Assembly (NCBI GenBank): GCA_038246475.1
Contig: JBBRVX010000003.1
Span: forward strand, 1 to 62,594
Reading direction: 5' to 3'
From: Thermomicrobiales bacterium
GTDB taxonomy: Bacteria > Chloroflexota > Chloroflexia > Thermomicrobiales > UBA6265
Length of the DNA stretch: 62,594 nt
The translations under genes and the position numbers were made by a program. Shown in pieces: positions 41,755-50,626 of this stretch; position 1 is the stretch's first letter, and every line of letters begins with the position of its first letter. The notes below the pieces were generated by a model. That model was not told the DNA's origin and did no database searches. It saw only the letters and a list, made by a program, of their open reading frames with translations.

Positions 41755-41973
41755 TGGCGCGGCCACGTCCTTTTGCCAATTCCGGGTATCGACCGGTGTT
41801 GGTCTATTCCATGATTCCGGAGCGGCACACCCGTCTACATCCGGTGTACGGCGTTCTCCATGCGAAAGGAGGGCATCTGGCGCTGACCTGGGCGCCTGAA
41901 AGGCGATCAGCAACGATGCTGACTGCCGGAACGATTGTCGCAATCTAAAACCAGTGGCGAAAGGAGTACGCTC

Positions 41974-43767
41974 GTGGGACGTCGGCAGGACGATCAACTT
42001 CGCATGCTTGGACAGCGGTTCAAGAGCCTCGGCATGAGCCGCCGCAACTTCATGAAGATCGCGGCCGCGGCCGCGGCAGGCACGGCAACGACGGCCGGAA
42101 TGGAGCGATACGTCGGCCCTAGCGCCATGGCCGCGCCCCGGCGAGCCATTCGCCGGCAGGAGCTCACCGGAGATGATGTCTTCTACCACTTTGCCATCTT
42201 TGACGACCCAGTGTCGTTCGACTGGAACCTCAATCTCTACTGTAACGCGGAAGTGGAAATCGCGGCGGGGCTTCTGACCTTTGACGCCGATCTGAACGCC
42301 ATTCCTGACTGGGCGGAAACCTTCACGCCGAATGAGGATGCTTCGGTCTGGACCTTTAACATTCGGCCCGATAATCAGGGCTGGACTAACGGAACTGACA
42401 CCCGGCCAGTGACGGCGCAGGATTTTGTCTTTTCGTGGGAGCGGCAGCTCAATCCGGCGAATGCCGCCGCCTACGCGGGATTCCTGTTCGACATCAAGAA
42501 CGCGGAAAAGTACAACCTCGGTGAAGAAAAAATGGCTCCCGAGGACCTGGGCGTCAAGGCTCTGGACGAATGGACGCTGGAAGTGACGATGGAGGGGCCG
42601 CGCGCCTACTTCCCTCAGGTGGTGGGCTACCAGGCTTCAGTGCCGGCGCCGCAATGGGCGATCGAAGAGCATGGGGCGGACAAGTGGGCCTCGGGCGACG
42701 TTCCGTTCTGGGCCAACGGGCCGTACAAGCTCGACAAATGGGAACATGATGTTGTCGTCGAGATCTCACCAAATGAAGGGCATTGGAACTACGAGAATCT
42801 GCATTTCAAGAAGGTCTACGAGCCGATTGTGCCAGGCGCCTCGGCCGTGCTCATGTACGAACGCGGCGAGGGCGAGCAGCAGCTCGACTGGGTGAACATT
42901 CCGGCGGCGGATCTCACCCGCTACCAGGATGACCCAGAATTGGCCGCGCAACTCAAGAAGTATGTCTATCCCGGCATCTGGATGCTGGTGCCTTCCAACG
43001 GGAAGGCACCCTTCCAGAACGACGAGGTTGGGCTCAAGGTTCGGCGCGCACTCAGTCACGCCGTAGACCGGAGCCGAATCGTCGAACTGACCAATGGGCT
43101 CTCGGCCGAAGCCTATTGCATGGTCCCCAGCGGGGTCTTCGGCTTCATTGATGACCCCGAGATCAACGCCATCCAGGCGTTCGATCCTGCGGCCGCGATG
43201 GAGGAACTGGTCGGCACGCCGTACGAAGGCGGGAAAAACTGGCCAGAGATCACCATGCACATGCGGGGCAGCGAGGAGCCCTATAACTCCGACCTCATGG
43301 CCAACGACATCGTCGCCCAGCTCCAGGAGAACCTGGGCATGAGCGTCAACATTCAGGTTTGGCCCGAGGCTTCCTGGCGGCCAGAGCTGTTCAAGAACGA
43401 GTTCCAGCTCACCTGGATTCGATGGTGGTACGACTATCCCGATCCGAACAACGGCTACGGCGATATGTTCTACAGCCAGAAATCGTCGGGCAAGCGCCAG
43501 GCGTGGTCGAATGCCGAGTTCGATGATCTCGTCAATCAGGGCAAGAGTGTCCCCGATCCCGAGGCCAGGCTTGAGGTTTACAAAAAGGCGGAAATGGTCA
43601 TTCAAGGAGACGTCGGATACATTCCGGTCGTCTACCGGGTCGATCAATACGCGTTCAAGCCGTGGGTCAAGGACGTTGCGGTCAACCGGCAGGGCTTCAC
43701 CGTTCCGCTCGGCAACATCTACGCTCGCATGGTCTCAACGGCAAGGGTGGAGGGCCGACCAGAGTAG
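41974..43767 (+). CDS. oppA: Peptide ABC transporter substrate-binding protein with Tat signal
   Basis: GTG after AAGGAG; SRRNFMK twin-arginine motif; PVTA.DF.FSW, NGPYKL, VRRAL..A.DR and W..DYPDP family-5 SBP motifs. Confidence 0.88.
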   Translation: MGRRQDDQLRMLGQRFKSLGMSRRNFMKIAAAAAAGTATTAGMERYVGPSAMAAPRRAIRRQELTGDDVFYHFAIFDDPVSFDWNLNLYCNAEVEIAAGLLTFDADLNAIPDWAETFTPNEDASVWTFNIRPDNQGWTNGTDTRPVTAQDFVFSWERQLNPANAAAYAGFLFDIKNAEKYNLGEEKMAPEDLGVKALDEWTLEVTMEGPRAYFPQVVGYQASVPAPQWAIEEHGADKWASGDVPFWANGPYKLDKWEHDVVVEISPNEGHWNYENLHFKKVYEPIVPGASAVLMYERGEGEQQLDWVNIPAADLTRYQDDPELAAQLKKYVYPGIWMLVPSNGKAPFQNDEVGLKVRRALSHAVDRSRIVELTNGLSAEAYCMVPSGVFGFIDDPEINAIQAFDPAAAMEELVGTPYEGGKNWPEITMHMRGSEEPYNSDLMANDIVAQLQENLGMSVNIQVWPEASWRPELFKNEFQLTWIRWWYDYPDPNNGYGDMFYSQKSSGKRQAWSNAEFDDLVNQGKSVPDPEARLEVYKKAEMVIQGDVGYIPVVYRVDQYAFKPWVKDVAVNRQGFTVPLGNIYARMVSTARVEGRPE

Positions 43768-43808
43768 TAGCGCACGGCGCCGTCGACGGTGTTCGAAGGA
43801 TGCGTTCT

Positions 43809-43842
43809 CGAGCAGGGGAAGCCAATTGGCTTCCCCTGCTCG
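43809..43842 (+). terminator. Perfect 34-bp palindrome after oppA, probable terminator
   Basis: CGAGCAGGGGAAGCCAA|TTGGCTTCCCCTGCTCG; no U-tract. Confidence 0.6.
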
Positions 43843-43976
43843 CGTGCGCCCACGAGCTGACCGAGTGCACCTCGCACAATGGCCGTGACATACTTCCCGG
43901 CACCCTCACGGGCAGGGACGGCTGGCGAACAACTGGAGCTGGCGTCGCACTATCAGTTGCGTAGGTGATTACAGCG

Positions 43977-44921
43977 ATGACGAATCCTGAGTATGTCTGG
44001 TGGAACGGTGAGAGGCGGCGCTGGGACGATTGCACGGTCCATGTTACCGAGCTTGGATGGTCAACGGTCGGGGCTGTTTTCGAAGGGATCCGCGCCTACA
44101 CGGGCGACACCAGTGGTGAGCTTTACATTTTTCGGTTGCAGGAGCACCTGGAGCGGCTTGAGCGATCGATGCGCCTCGTGCGGCTCAAGCTCGACTATTC
44201 GCTGGAGGAACTGACCAAGGCCACGCTTGACCTGATGGAGGCCAACGGGACGCGGGAAGACACCTATATCCGGCCGCTGGCGTATGCCGCGGACACCTCC
44301 GGCAAGCGATTCGCACAGCTTGGGTACGATGCGGCGTTGCTCATCAATACGCACCCCATGGAAACGCACCTGAAGTCCGGAATCACCCAGAGCGCACGGG
44401 TAAGCTCCTGGCGGCGAATCTCGGACGATGTCATGCCGCCTCGGGTGAAGAACATCTCGAACTATCGAAATAGCCAGCTTGCATCGATTGAGGCCCGCGC
44501 TGATGGCTACGACACGGCCTTCCTGTTAAACCACCAGGGGAAGGTTTCTGAAGGTCCTGGCGCCTGTGTGATGTTCGTGGCGGGAGGCAAACTGATTACC
44601 CCTGATGTTGGGAGCGGCATTCTGGAGAGCATCACGCGCGATGCGCTGATGACGCTTGCTCGCGAGGTCCTCGGCATGGACATTGTTGAACGAGCCGTTG
44701 ATCGAACTGAGCTTTACCTTGCCGACGAGGTGTTTACCTGCGGAACGGCCGCCGAAATTACCCCAATTGTGAACATCGACAAGTTCGCCATTGGCAGTGG
44801 CGGCATCGGCGACGTGACGCGCGCGTTGGAATCGGCATTCGACGACGTGTTGCGCGGACGCGACCCGCGCTATGCCCATTGGCGAACTCCGGCGCCGGTA
44901 AGGGCCGCATCCGTGGTCTAG
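43977..44921 (+). CDS. ilvE: Branched-chain amino acid aminotransferase (class IV PLP)
   Basis: VFEGIRAY, FRL.EH..RL, YIRP, K..SNY, ILESITR and GTAAEI.P. Confidence 0.9.
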   Translation: MTNPEYVWWNGERRRWDDCTVHVTELGWSTVGAVFEGIRAYTGDTSGELYIFRLQEHLERLERSMRLVRLKLDYSLEELTKATLDLMEANGTREDTYIRPLAYAADTSGKRFAQLGYDAALLINTHPMETHLKSGITQSARVSSWRRISDDVMPPRVKNISNYRNSQLASIEARADGYDTAFLLNHQGKVSEGPGACVMFVAGGKLITPDVGSGILESITRDALMTLAREVLGMDIVERAVDRTELYLADEVFTCGTAAEITPIVNIDKFAIGSGGIGDVTRALESAFDDVLRGRDPRYAHWRTPAPVRAASVV

Positions 44922-44932
44922 GGCGCCATCGA

Positions 44933-46642
44933 TCACCTAGTGGGAGCGTTTTCGCCGCCGCGGCGCAAGAGGCGAATACTCCCGCGGGAGCGTTTGGCAT
45001 GCGACCGACCGAACTCCTGGTATCGATCGTATCGTTCTTTGACGACCCGGTCGATTCTCTTGCGTTGCAGCAGAGACAAGGCATTGCTAATGGATTCCGC
45101 GAGAGCGGATGCCATTGCCTCTGGGTGCGCGCCGATGCCGCCTTCCGGCTCAAGCACGATTTCATCGACGATTGCCATGCGTTTGAGCTCGCGGGCGGTC
45201 AACTTCAGCTTGGTTGAGACCTCCGGAGCGCGCGCAGCGTCTCGATAGAGGATCGTCGCCGCGCCCTCGGGCGCGATGACCGAGTAGATTGAACCTTCAA
45301 GCATGAGTACGCGATCGGCGACGGCGAGGGCAAGTGCCCCACCGCTGCCGCCTTCGCCGATAATGGCAGAAACGATCGGGATGCGCAGCTTGCTCATGCG
45401 GGCAAGGGATGCGGCGATCTCGGCCGCCAGCCCGCGTTCCTCGGATTCGACGCCGGGATAGGCGCCAGGTGTGTCGATGAGGGTGACGAGGGGCAATTCC
45501 AGTCGTTCGGCGAGATCCATGATTCGGCGAGCCTTGCGATACCCTTCAGGGTAGGGGCGTCCATCATGGCGAAGGGCGCGATCTTCCAGATGGCCTCGCT
45601 CCAGCGCCACCACGGCAATTCCCTTGCCATCGAGCATGCCGATGCCCGTAATCACGGCAGGATCATCGCCTGACGAGCGGTCACCATGCAATTCGATGAA
45701 CTCACTGAGCATTAGCTTGATGTAGTCGGAGCTGGTCAACCGATCGCCCGCACGAGAGCGCTGGACGGCGTCCCAGGCGAGAATTTCGGCGCCTGTTTGG
45801 ACACGGCGAAAGCGCCGGCCGCGACGCTGATGCCTGGTCCGGGGTGCAAGAAGCACGGAGAGCACGCGGGCGAGATAGGCCCGTTGCTCGCGGCGATCGA
45901 GAATGGCGTCGACCATGCCGTGCGCCAGCAGAAACTCAGACGTGTGGGAACCGTCAGGAAGCCTGCGACCCATTGCCTGTTCGGCAACGCGGGGGCCGGC
46001 GAATCCGATCAGGGCGCCAGGTTCCGCGATCATAATATCGCCGAGATTCGCAAACGAGGCGAAGACTCCACCGGTCGTCGGGTGAGCAAGGATCGAGATG
46101 TATGGGCATCCTTCCTCGCGCAGGCGCTGAATAGCGGCGGAGGTTTTTGCCATCTGGAGCAACGAAAGCATTCCCTCCTGCATGCGGGCTCCACCACTGG
46201 CGGAGATCGTGATGAGCGGCATCTTTCGGTCACGCGCTCGTTCGGCGATGCGCACCAGCTTCTCGCCGACGACGACGCCCATGCTGCCGCCTAGGAAACC
46301 GAATTCAAGGGCGGCGATGGCAATCGGATGACCATCCAACAGGGCCGTTCCCGAGATGAGCGCATCCGCCTCACCAGTTTCCTTGCGGAGCGCGCGGAGG
46401 CGATCCCGGTAGAGTGTTTCGTCTTCAAAATGGAGCGGGTCCGTGGAAACCAGCCCCATGTCCTGCTCATGGAATGAGCCCGCATCGACAAGGCGCATGA
46501 TTGCGGAACGCGCTGAAGCGCGGCCGTGATATCCGCATACGCCGCACACCTGCACTTCACGATACGTGGGATCGTCAGTGAGTGTCGCTTCGCAGATGGG
46601 ACACCGCGGAGATTCCGGTTCCTCACATCGAGGCGCCGTCAT
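44933..46642 (-). CDS. accDA: Acetyl-CoA carboxylase carboxyltransferase, fused beta-alpha subunits
   Basis: N-terminal CPIC..CGVC zinc finger, GGSMG and SGGARMQEG (beta), then ELHGDR, DTPGA and GEGGSGGA (alpha) in one frame. Confidence 0.92.
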   Translation of the reverse strand: MTAPRCEEPESPRCPICEATLTDDPTYREVQVCGVCGYHGRASARSAIMRLVDAGSFHEQDMGLVSTDPLHFEDETLYRDRLRALRKETGEADALISGTALLDGHPIAIAALEFGFLGGSMGVVVGEKLVRIAERARDRKMPLITISASGGARMQEGMLSLLQMAKTSAAIQRLREEGCPYISILAHPTTGGVFASFANLGDIMIAEPGALIGFAGPRVAEQAMGRRLPDGSHTSEFLLAHGMVDAILDRREQRAYLARVLSVLLAPRTRHQRRGRRFRRVQTGAEILAWDAVQRSRAGDRLTSSDYIKLMLSEFIELHGDRSSGDDPAVITGIGMLDGKGIAVVALERGHLEDRALRHDGRPYPEGYRKARRIMDLAERLELPLVTLIDTPGAYPGVESEERGLAAEIAASLARMSKLRIPIVSAIIGEGGSGGALALAVADRVLMLEGSIYSVIAPEGAATILYRDAARAPEVSTKLKLTARELKRMAIVDEIVLEPEGGIGAHPEAMASALAESISNALSLLQRKRIDRVVKERYDRYQEFGRSHAKRSRGSIRLLRRGGENAPTR

Positions 46643-46811
46643 CCTTCGATTCTCATCATTATCTCCTTGGGATGGGATGCGTTCCTCGTCGTGCTATGCC
46701 CCCGTTCGTCAGACTGTCATCTCCGCCGCCTTTATCGCGCGACACGCGCCACGGGGATGTACAATCGCGGTGGTTCAGACAATAGCACCTCAAGCCGAGG
46801 ACGTTGCTATC

Positions 46812-47096
46812 TTGATTTCATCAGAGAACGGTCCGATTCGCATCGATGTTCTGCAGCGACTGGCCGAACAAGCGATGTCCGACCCCGCGTTCCGCGCTGA
46901 CGCGAGCACTGACTTGCCCGCGGCGCTCAGCCGCTACGGGTACGATCTGACGGCTCAGGAACTCGCCCTCGTGTTGCGGTTTCGGAAATCGCTCGCCGAC
47001 GCGGGCGTTGACCTGGATTTGGTGGCGAGCGCGAATGATGATCAGTTGGCAGAACTCCTGGAGAGTTTACAGCGTCGCGTACAGAACTCACGCTGA
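46812..47096 (+). CDS. Small NHLP-clan (Os1348-like) protein
   Basis: TTG after GAGGA; LQRLAEQAMSDPAFR...P.AL..YG..LT..E pattern typical of nitrile-hydratase-leader-like proteins. Confidence 0.6.
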   Translation: MISSENGPIRIDVLQRLAEQAMSDPAFRADASTDLPAALSRYGYDLTAQELALVLRFRKSLADAGVDLDLVASANDDQLAELLESLQRRVQNSR

Positions 47097-47226
47097 TGCA
47101 GAACTTTCAACCTTCGTGCAGACCTCGATGACGGCGACGTAACCCAGGACGAAGCGGTCTGAAACCATCGGGTTGCGTGGAAACATGAGCGTGAATCTCT
47201 CCGGGCAGCCGGTGTGGGGGGCGAAC

Positions 47227-48093
47227 GTGCGGCTCTGTAGATATACATTCAAGGACCGGGACGAAGAACATCTGGGACTGGTTCAGGGTGATCAGGTGAT
47301 CGATGTCGGTGAATCGGGCGGGCCGAGAACACTTGCGGACGCCATGCGCCAGACGAAGAGCAGTTTGATCGCCGCGTTGGAGGCTGTTTCGACGTCGACC
47401 GCGCCTGGCATTGCGATCTCCGACGTGTCATTGCTGGCGCCCATTGACGAGCAAGAGGTCTGGGCCGCGGGCGTGACCTACCTCCGATCGAGAAACGCGC
47501 GGATGGAGGAATCGACGCAGAGAGACGTCTACGATCAGGTCTATGATGCGGATCGTCCCGAGATTTTCTTCAAGGCAACGCCGAACCGCGTGTCGGGACC
47601 GGGTGTCCCGGTCGCGATTCGGCAAGATTCCGGGTGGGATGTTCCAGAGCCAGAGTTGGTGTTGCTGCTGAACGCGGAGGGCGAAACGGTCGGATACACC
47701 ATTGGCAATGACGTCTCTTCGCGTTCTATCGAAGGCGAGAATCCGCTCTATCTGCCTCAGGCGAAGCTCTACGATCGATCCGCGGCGCTAGGGCCAATGA
47801 TCGTGACCGCGGACGAACTGCGCGATGTGTCGAATCTCGCCATCGCGTTGACGATCCGGCGTGCGGACGAGGTGCTGTTTCACGATGTGACTTCAACGGC
47901 GCAGCTCCATCGGACCCTGGAGGATTTGTCGAGCTATCTCTTCAGGGCGAATCAGTTTCCTGCTGGGGTATTTCTGATGACGGGCACCGGAATTGTGCCG
48001 CCATCCGAATTCACGCTGGAGGCTGGCGACGAGGTCACCATTACCATCGACGGCATCGGCTCGCTCGTCAACCCCGTTGTCCGCACTTCTTGA
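47227..48093 (+). CDS. Fumarylacetoacetate hydrolase family protein (2-keto-3-deoxypentonate dehydratase-like)
   Basis: [48 protein letters not shown] and MTGTG. Confidence 0.88.
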   Translation: MRLCRYTFKDRDEEHLGLVQGDQVIDVGESGGPRTLADAMRQTKSSLIAALEAVSTSTAPGIAISDVSLLAPIDEQEVWAAGVTYLRSRNARMEESTQRDVYDQVYDADRPEIFFKATPNRVSGPGVPVAIRQDSGWDVPEPELVLLLNAEGETVGYTIGNDVSSRSIEGENPLYLPQAKLYDRSAALGPMIVTADELRDVSNLAIALTIRRADEVLFHDVTSTAQLHRTLEDLSSYLFRANQFPAGVFLMTGTGIVPPSEFTLEAGDEVTITIDGIGSLVNPVVRTS

Positions 48094-48941
48094 TGCGCCA
48101 CAACGTTCCCAATGATCGTCGATGTCGCGACGATCACGAACTGGCCATTGGGTTTGATGCGGTCAGGGTGTGGACGCCGGGTGGAGCGCAGATTCTGCGT
48201 AATGTCGACTGGCATGTGCAACGTGGTGAACGGTGGGCATTGATCGGCCCTAACGGGTCTGGAAAGAGCACGACCCTTTCCCTCGCCGGAGCGATTCGTC
48301 ATCCCAGTAGCGGCGTGGTCTCGGTCCTTGGTGGGATTCTGGGACAGGTGGATATGCCTGCGCTACGGCGATCGATCGGGCACGTGGATTCCGGAAGTGG
48401 CGTGCTCGATTGGCTGACCGCGGAAGAGATTGTACTCACCGGCATTGGGTCGACGGTGCGGCCCCTCTGGTGGACGTACACCACTAGCGATCGAGGAAGA
48501 GCGCGAGACCTCCTGGCGCTGCTCGATTGCGCGAATCTCGCGGGCCGTGAGATCAAGACGTTCTCACAGGGGGAACGTGGCCGCGTCCGCATCGCGCGCG
48601 CGCTCATGGCGAGACCGGAGCTCCTCCTGCTTGATGAGCCAGCCGTCGGGCTGGATCTTTCCGCGCGGGAAGCGTTGATCCAGGCGTTCGATCGCCTGAG
48701 TGAAGAGCGGCCGGACCTGACGACGGTATTGGTGACCCATCACCTTGAAGAGCTCCCGGCCTCAACAAGCCACGCGCTGCTTTTGCGAGAGGGTTCGGTG
48801 GTGGCATGTGGCCAGGCCGTTGAGGTCCTCACGAGCGAAAATCTCTCCGTCTGCTTCGGTCTGCCCGTGGCATGCCGGTTCGACGGCGAGCGATGGACAG
48901 CGCGTGCTCCAGGATCGTGGGCGCGAGCGGCAGGGGATTGA
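48093..48941 (+). CDS. Stand-alone ABC ATPase (ModF/YlmA-like)
   Basis: GPNGSGKST, FSQGE, LLLDEP..GLD and VTHH.EE. Confidence 0.85.
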   Translation: MRHNVPNDRRCRDDHELAIGFDAVRVWTPGGAQILRNVDWHVQRGERWALIGPNGSGKSTTLSLAGAIRHPSSGVVSVLGGILGQVDMPALRRSIGHVDSGSGVLDWLTAEEIVLTGIGSTVRPLWWTYTTSDRGRARDLLALLDCANLAGREIKTFSQGERGRVRIARALMARPELLLLDEPAVGLDLSAREALIQAFDRLSEERPDLTTVLVTHHLEELPASTSHALLLREGSVVACGQAVEVLTSENLSVCFGLPVACRFDGERWTARAPGSWARAAGD

Positions 48942-49034
48942 TTGGCTGAATGGAACATTGAGACAGCCACCTGCCGAATTTCGCTAGAGAACCTGGTCGT
49001 TTGATGGCAAGCGAAGGATCTACAGGTGACGCCG

Positions 49035-49556
49035 ATGGACTTTGACGATCCTGAAGACGGCACCCCCGGGATATTGAGTCATTTTGACACCGCCGGACGA
49101 GCGCGGATGGTTGATGTCGGCAAGAAGGAGGAATCGGAGCGCGTCGCCACCGCCACCGGTCGCGTGATGATGCACCCGGAAACCCTCGCACTCATTCGCG
49201 AGGGGAGAATGGCGAAAGGGGACGTGCTGGCGGTAGCCCAGATCGCGGCAGTGATGGGAGCGAAGCGGACGCCGGACATCATTCCGATGTGTCATCCCTT
49301 GATGCTAACCCGCATCGATGTGAACTTCGAGGTTCGAGACGACGACATCGTGATCGAGGCCACGGTCGCAACTCAAGGGCGAACGGGCGTTGAAATGGAG
49401 GCGCTGACGGCTGTAGCGACCGCGGCCCTGACGATATATGACATGGTGAAAGCGGTCGATCGCGGCATGCTCATCAGTGACATTCAATTGGAGCGAAAGG
49501 AGGGAGGGCGCTCAGGACTCTGGATGCGTGAAAGCGAGAGCGATGAACCACGGTAG
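49035..49556 (+). CDS. moaC: Cyclic pyranopterin monophosphate synthase
   Basis: [35 protein letters not shown] and K.GGRSG; start 49026 or 49035. Confidence 0.95.
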   Translation: MDFDDPEDGTPGILSHFDTAGRARMVDVGKKEESERVATATGRVMMHPETLALIREGRMAKGDVLAVAQIAAVMGAKRTPDIIPMCHPLMLTRIDVNFEVRDDDIVIEATVATQGRTGVEMEALTAVATAALTIYDMVKAVDRGMLISDIQLERKEGGRSGLWMRESESDEPR

Positions 49557-49666
49557 TCAGTACGGGATGCCAATGTCCATAAAGTCCATTGGGGTGGCGC
49601 GTACAATTCCATCTGGTAGGGGAGCCCGAAAGGGGCTTTACGGCAGCGGATTGAAAGGATGTCTGC

Positions 49667-50563
49667 GTGGCATCGGTTGCAGAGCAGCGGCCCGTCGGAG
49701 GCGCTGGAGTCACGATACCGGGATCGGAGCGCCTGGTCTGGTACTTCATGCGGATTTCGGGTGCGCTTCTGATCCTGCTGGCGGGCGGTCATCTGTTCAT
49801 CACGCACTTTCTGAATGTGCCGTCGGATACAACGTTCGCATTTGTGGCCAATCGTTGGGCAAATCCATACTGGCGGACGTTTGACTGGCTTCTCCTGATG
49901 ATGGCCCTGTGGCATGGCGTACTTGGTTTGCGCTACTCCATCCAGGACTATCTTCGTTCGCCCATGGCGCGAACCTTGGCGCAAGGCGTGATGTGGGCCC
50001 TGGGCGTGGTGTTCTTCGCCCTGGGGTCGGTGACCATTTTTACGTTTGATCAAACCGCGGCGGCGGCGAACGACGGGCCGTTGGCAGGGCAACTCTGGAT
50101 CGCGGATGCCATTGGGTACTCACTGTATGCGTTCGCCATCGTCACGTACGTTGGCATTGCGCTATTGATCGTTTGGGTGGCCCGGTCGCTGATGCGAGGA
50201 GTGGTTCCCATTTATAGCGGTGGAAGTGGGCAATATGCCTGGGTCCTGCATCGGGCATCAGGGATAGGGGTGCTGTTCTTCCTGCTCGTTCACATCATCG
50301 ATATCTCGCTGATTGGCCTCGGGCGCGACATCTATGACATTTCCGTGGAGTTTTACGCGCAGCCTGGTTTGCTGCCGATGGAGGTGCTTCTGGTCGGCGC
50401 CGTCATCTATCACTCACTGAACGGAATCCGGGTGATGACGATTGATTTCACCAGGGAAGGGTACCGCCGCGAACGCGCATCGTTCGCCGCCGTGATGATT
50501 CTGACGATTCTCCTGACGTTGCCGAGTGCCTGGATCATTTTTCGAACTGAGCTCATGCCCTGA
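49667..50563 (+). CDS. Succinate dehydrogenase membrane anchor, SdhD-SdhC fusion
   Basis: N-half W.FMR.SG..L...GH...WHG..G.R....DY (SdhD-like); C-half Y.G..G...W.LHR.SG...VH..D...YH.LNG.R...DF (SdhC-like); GTG after AAGGA. Confidence 0.85.
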   Translation: MASVAEQRPVGGAGVTIPGSERLVWYFMRISGALLILLAGGHLFITHFLNVPSDTTFAFVANRWANPYWRTFDWLLLMMALWHGVLGLRYSIQDYLRSPMARTLAQGVMWALGVVFFALGSVTIFTFDQTAAAANDGPLAGQLWIADAIGYSLYAFAIVTYVGIALLIVWVARSLMRGVVPIYSGGSGQYAWVLHRASGIGVLFFLLVHIIDISLIGLGRDIYDISVEFYAQPGLLPMEVLLVGAVIYHSLNGIRVMTIDFTREGYRRERASFAAVMILTILLTLPSAWIIFRTELMP

Positions 50564-50626
50564 GATAGACGAGCGCCTCGGCCGACTCTCCGGGGCGCGC
50601 GTGCCTTACCAGGTCCCGATTTGAAC

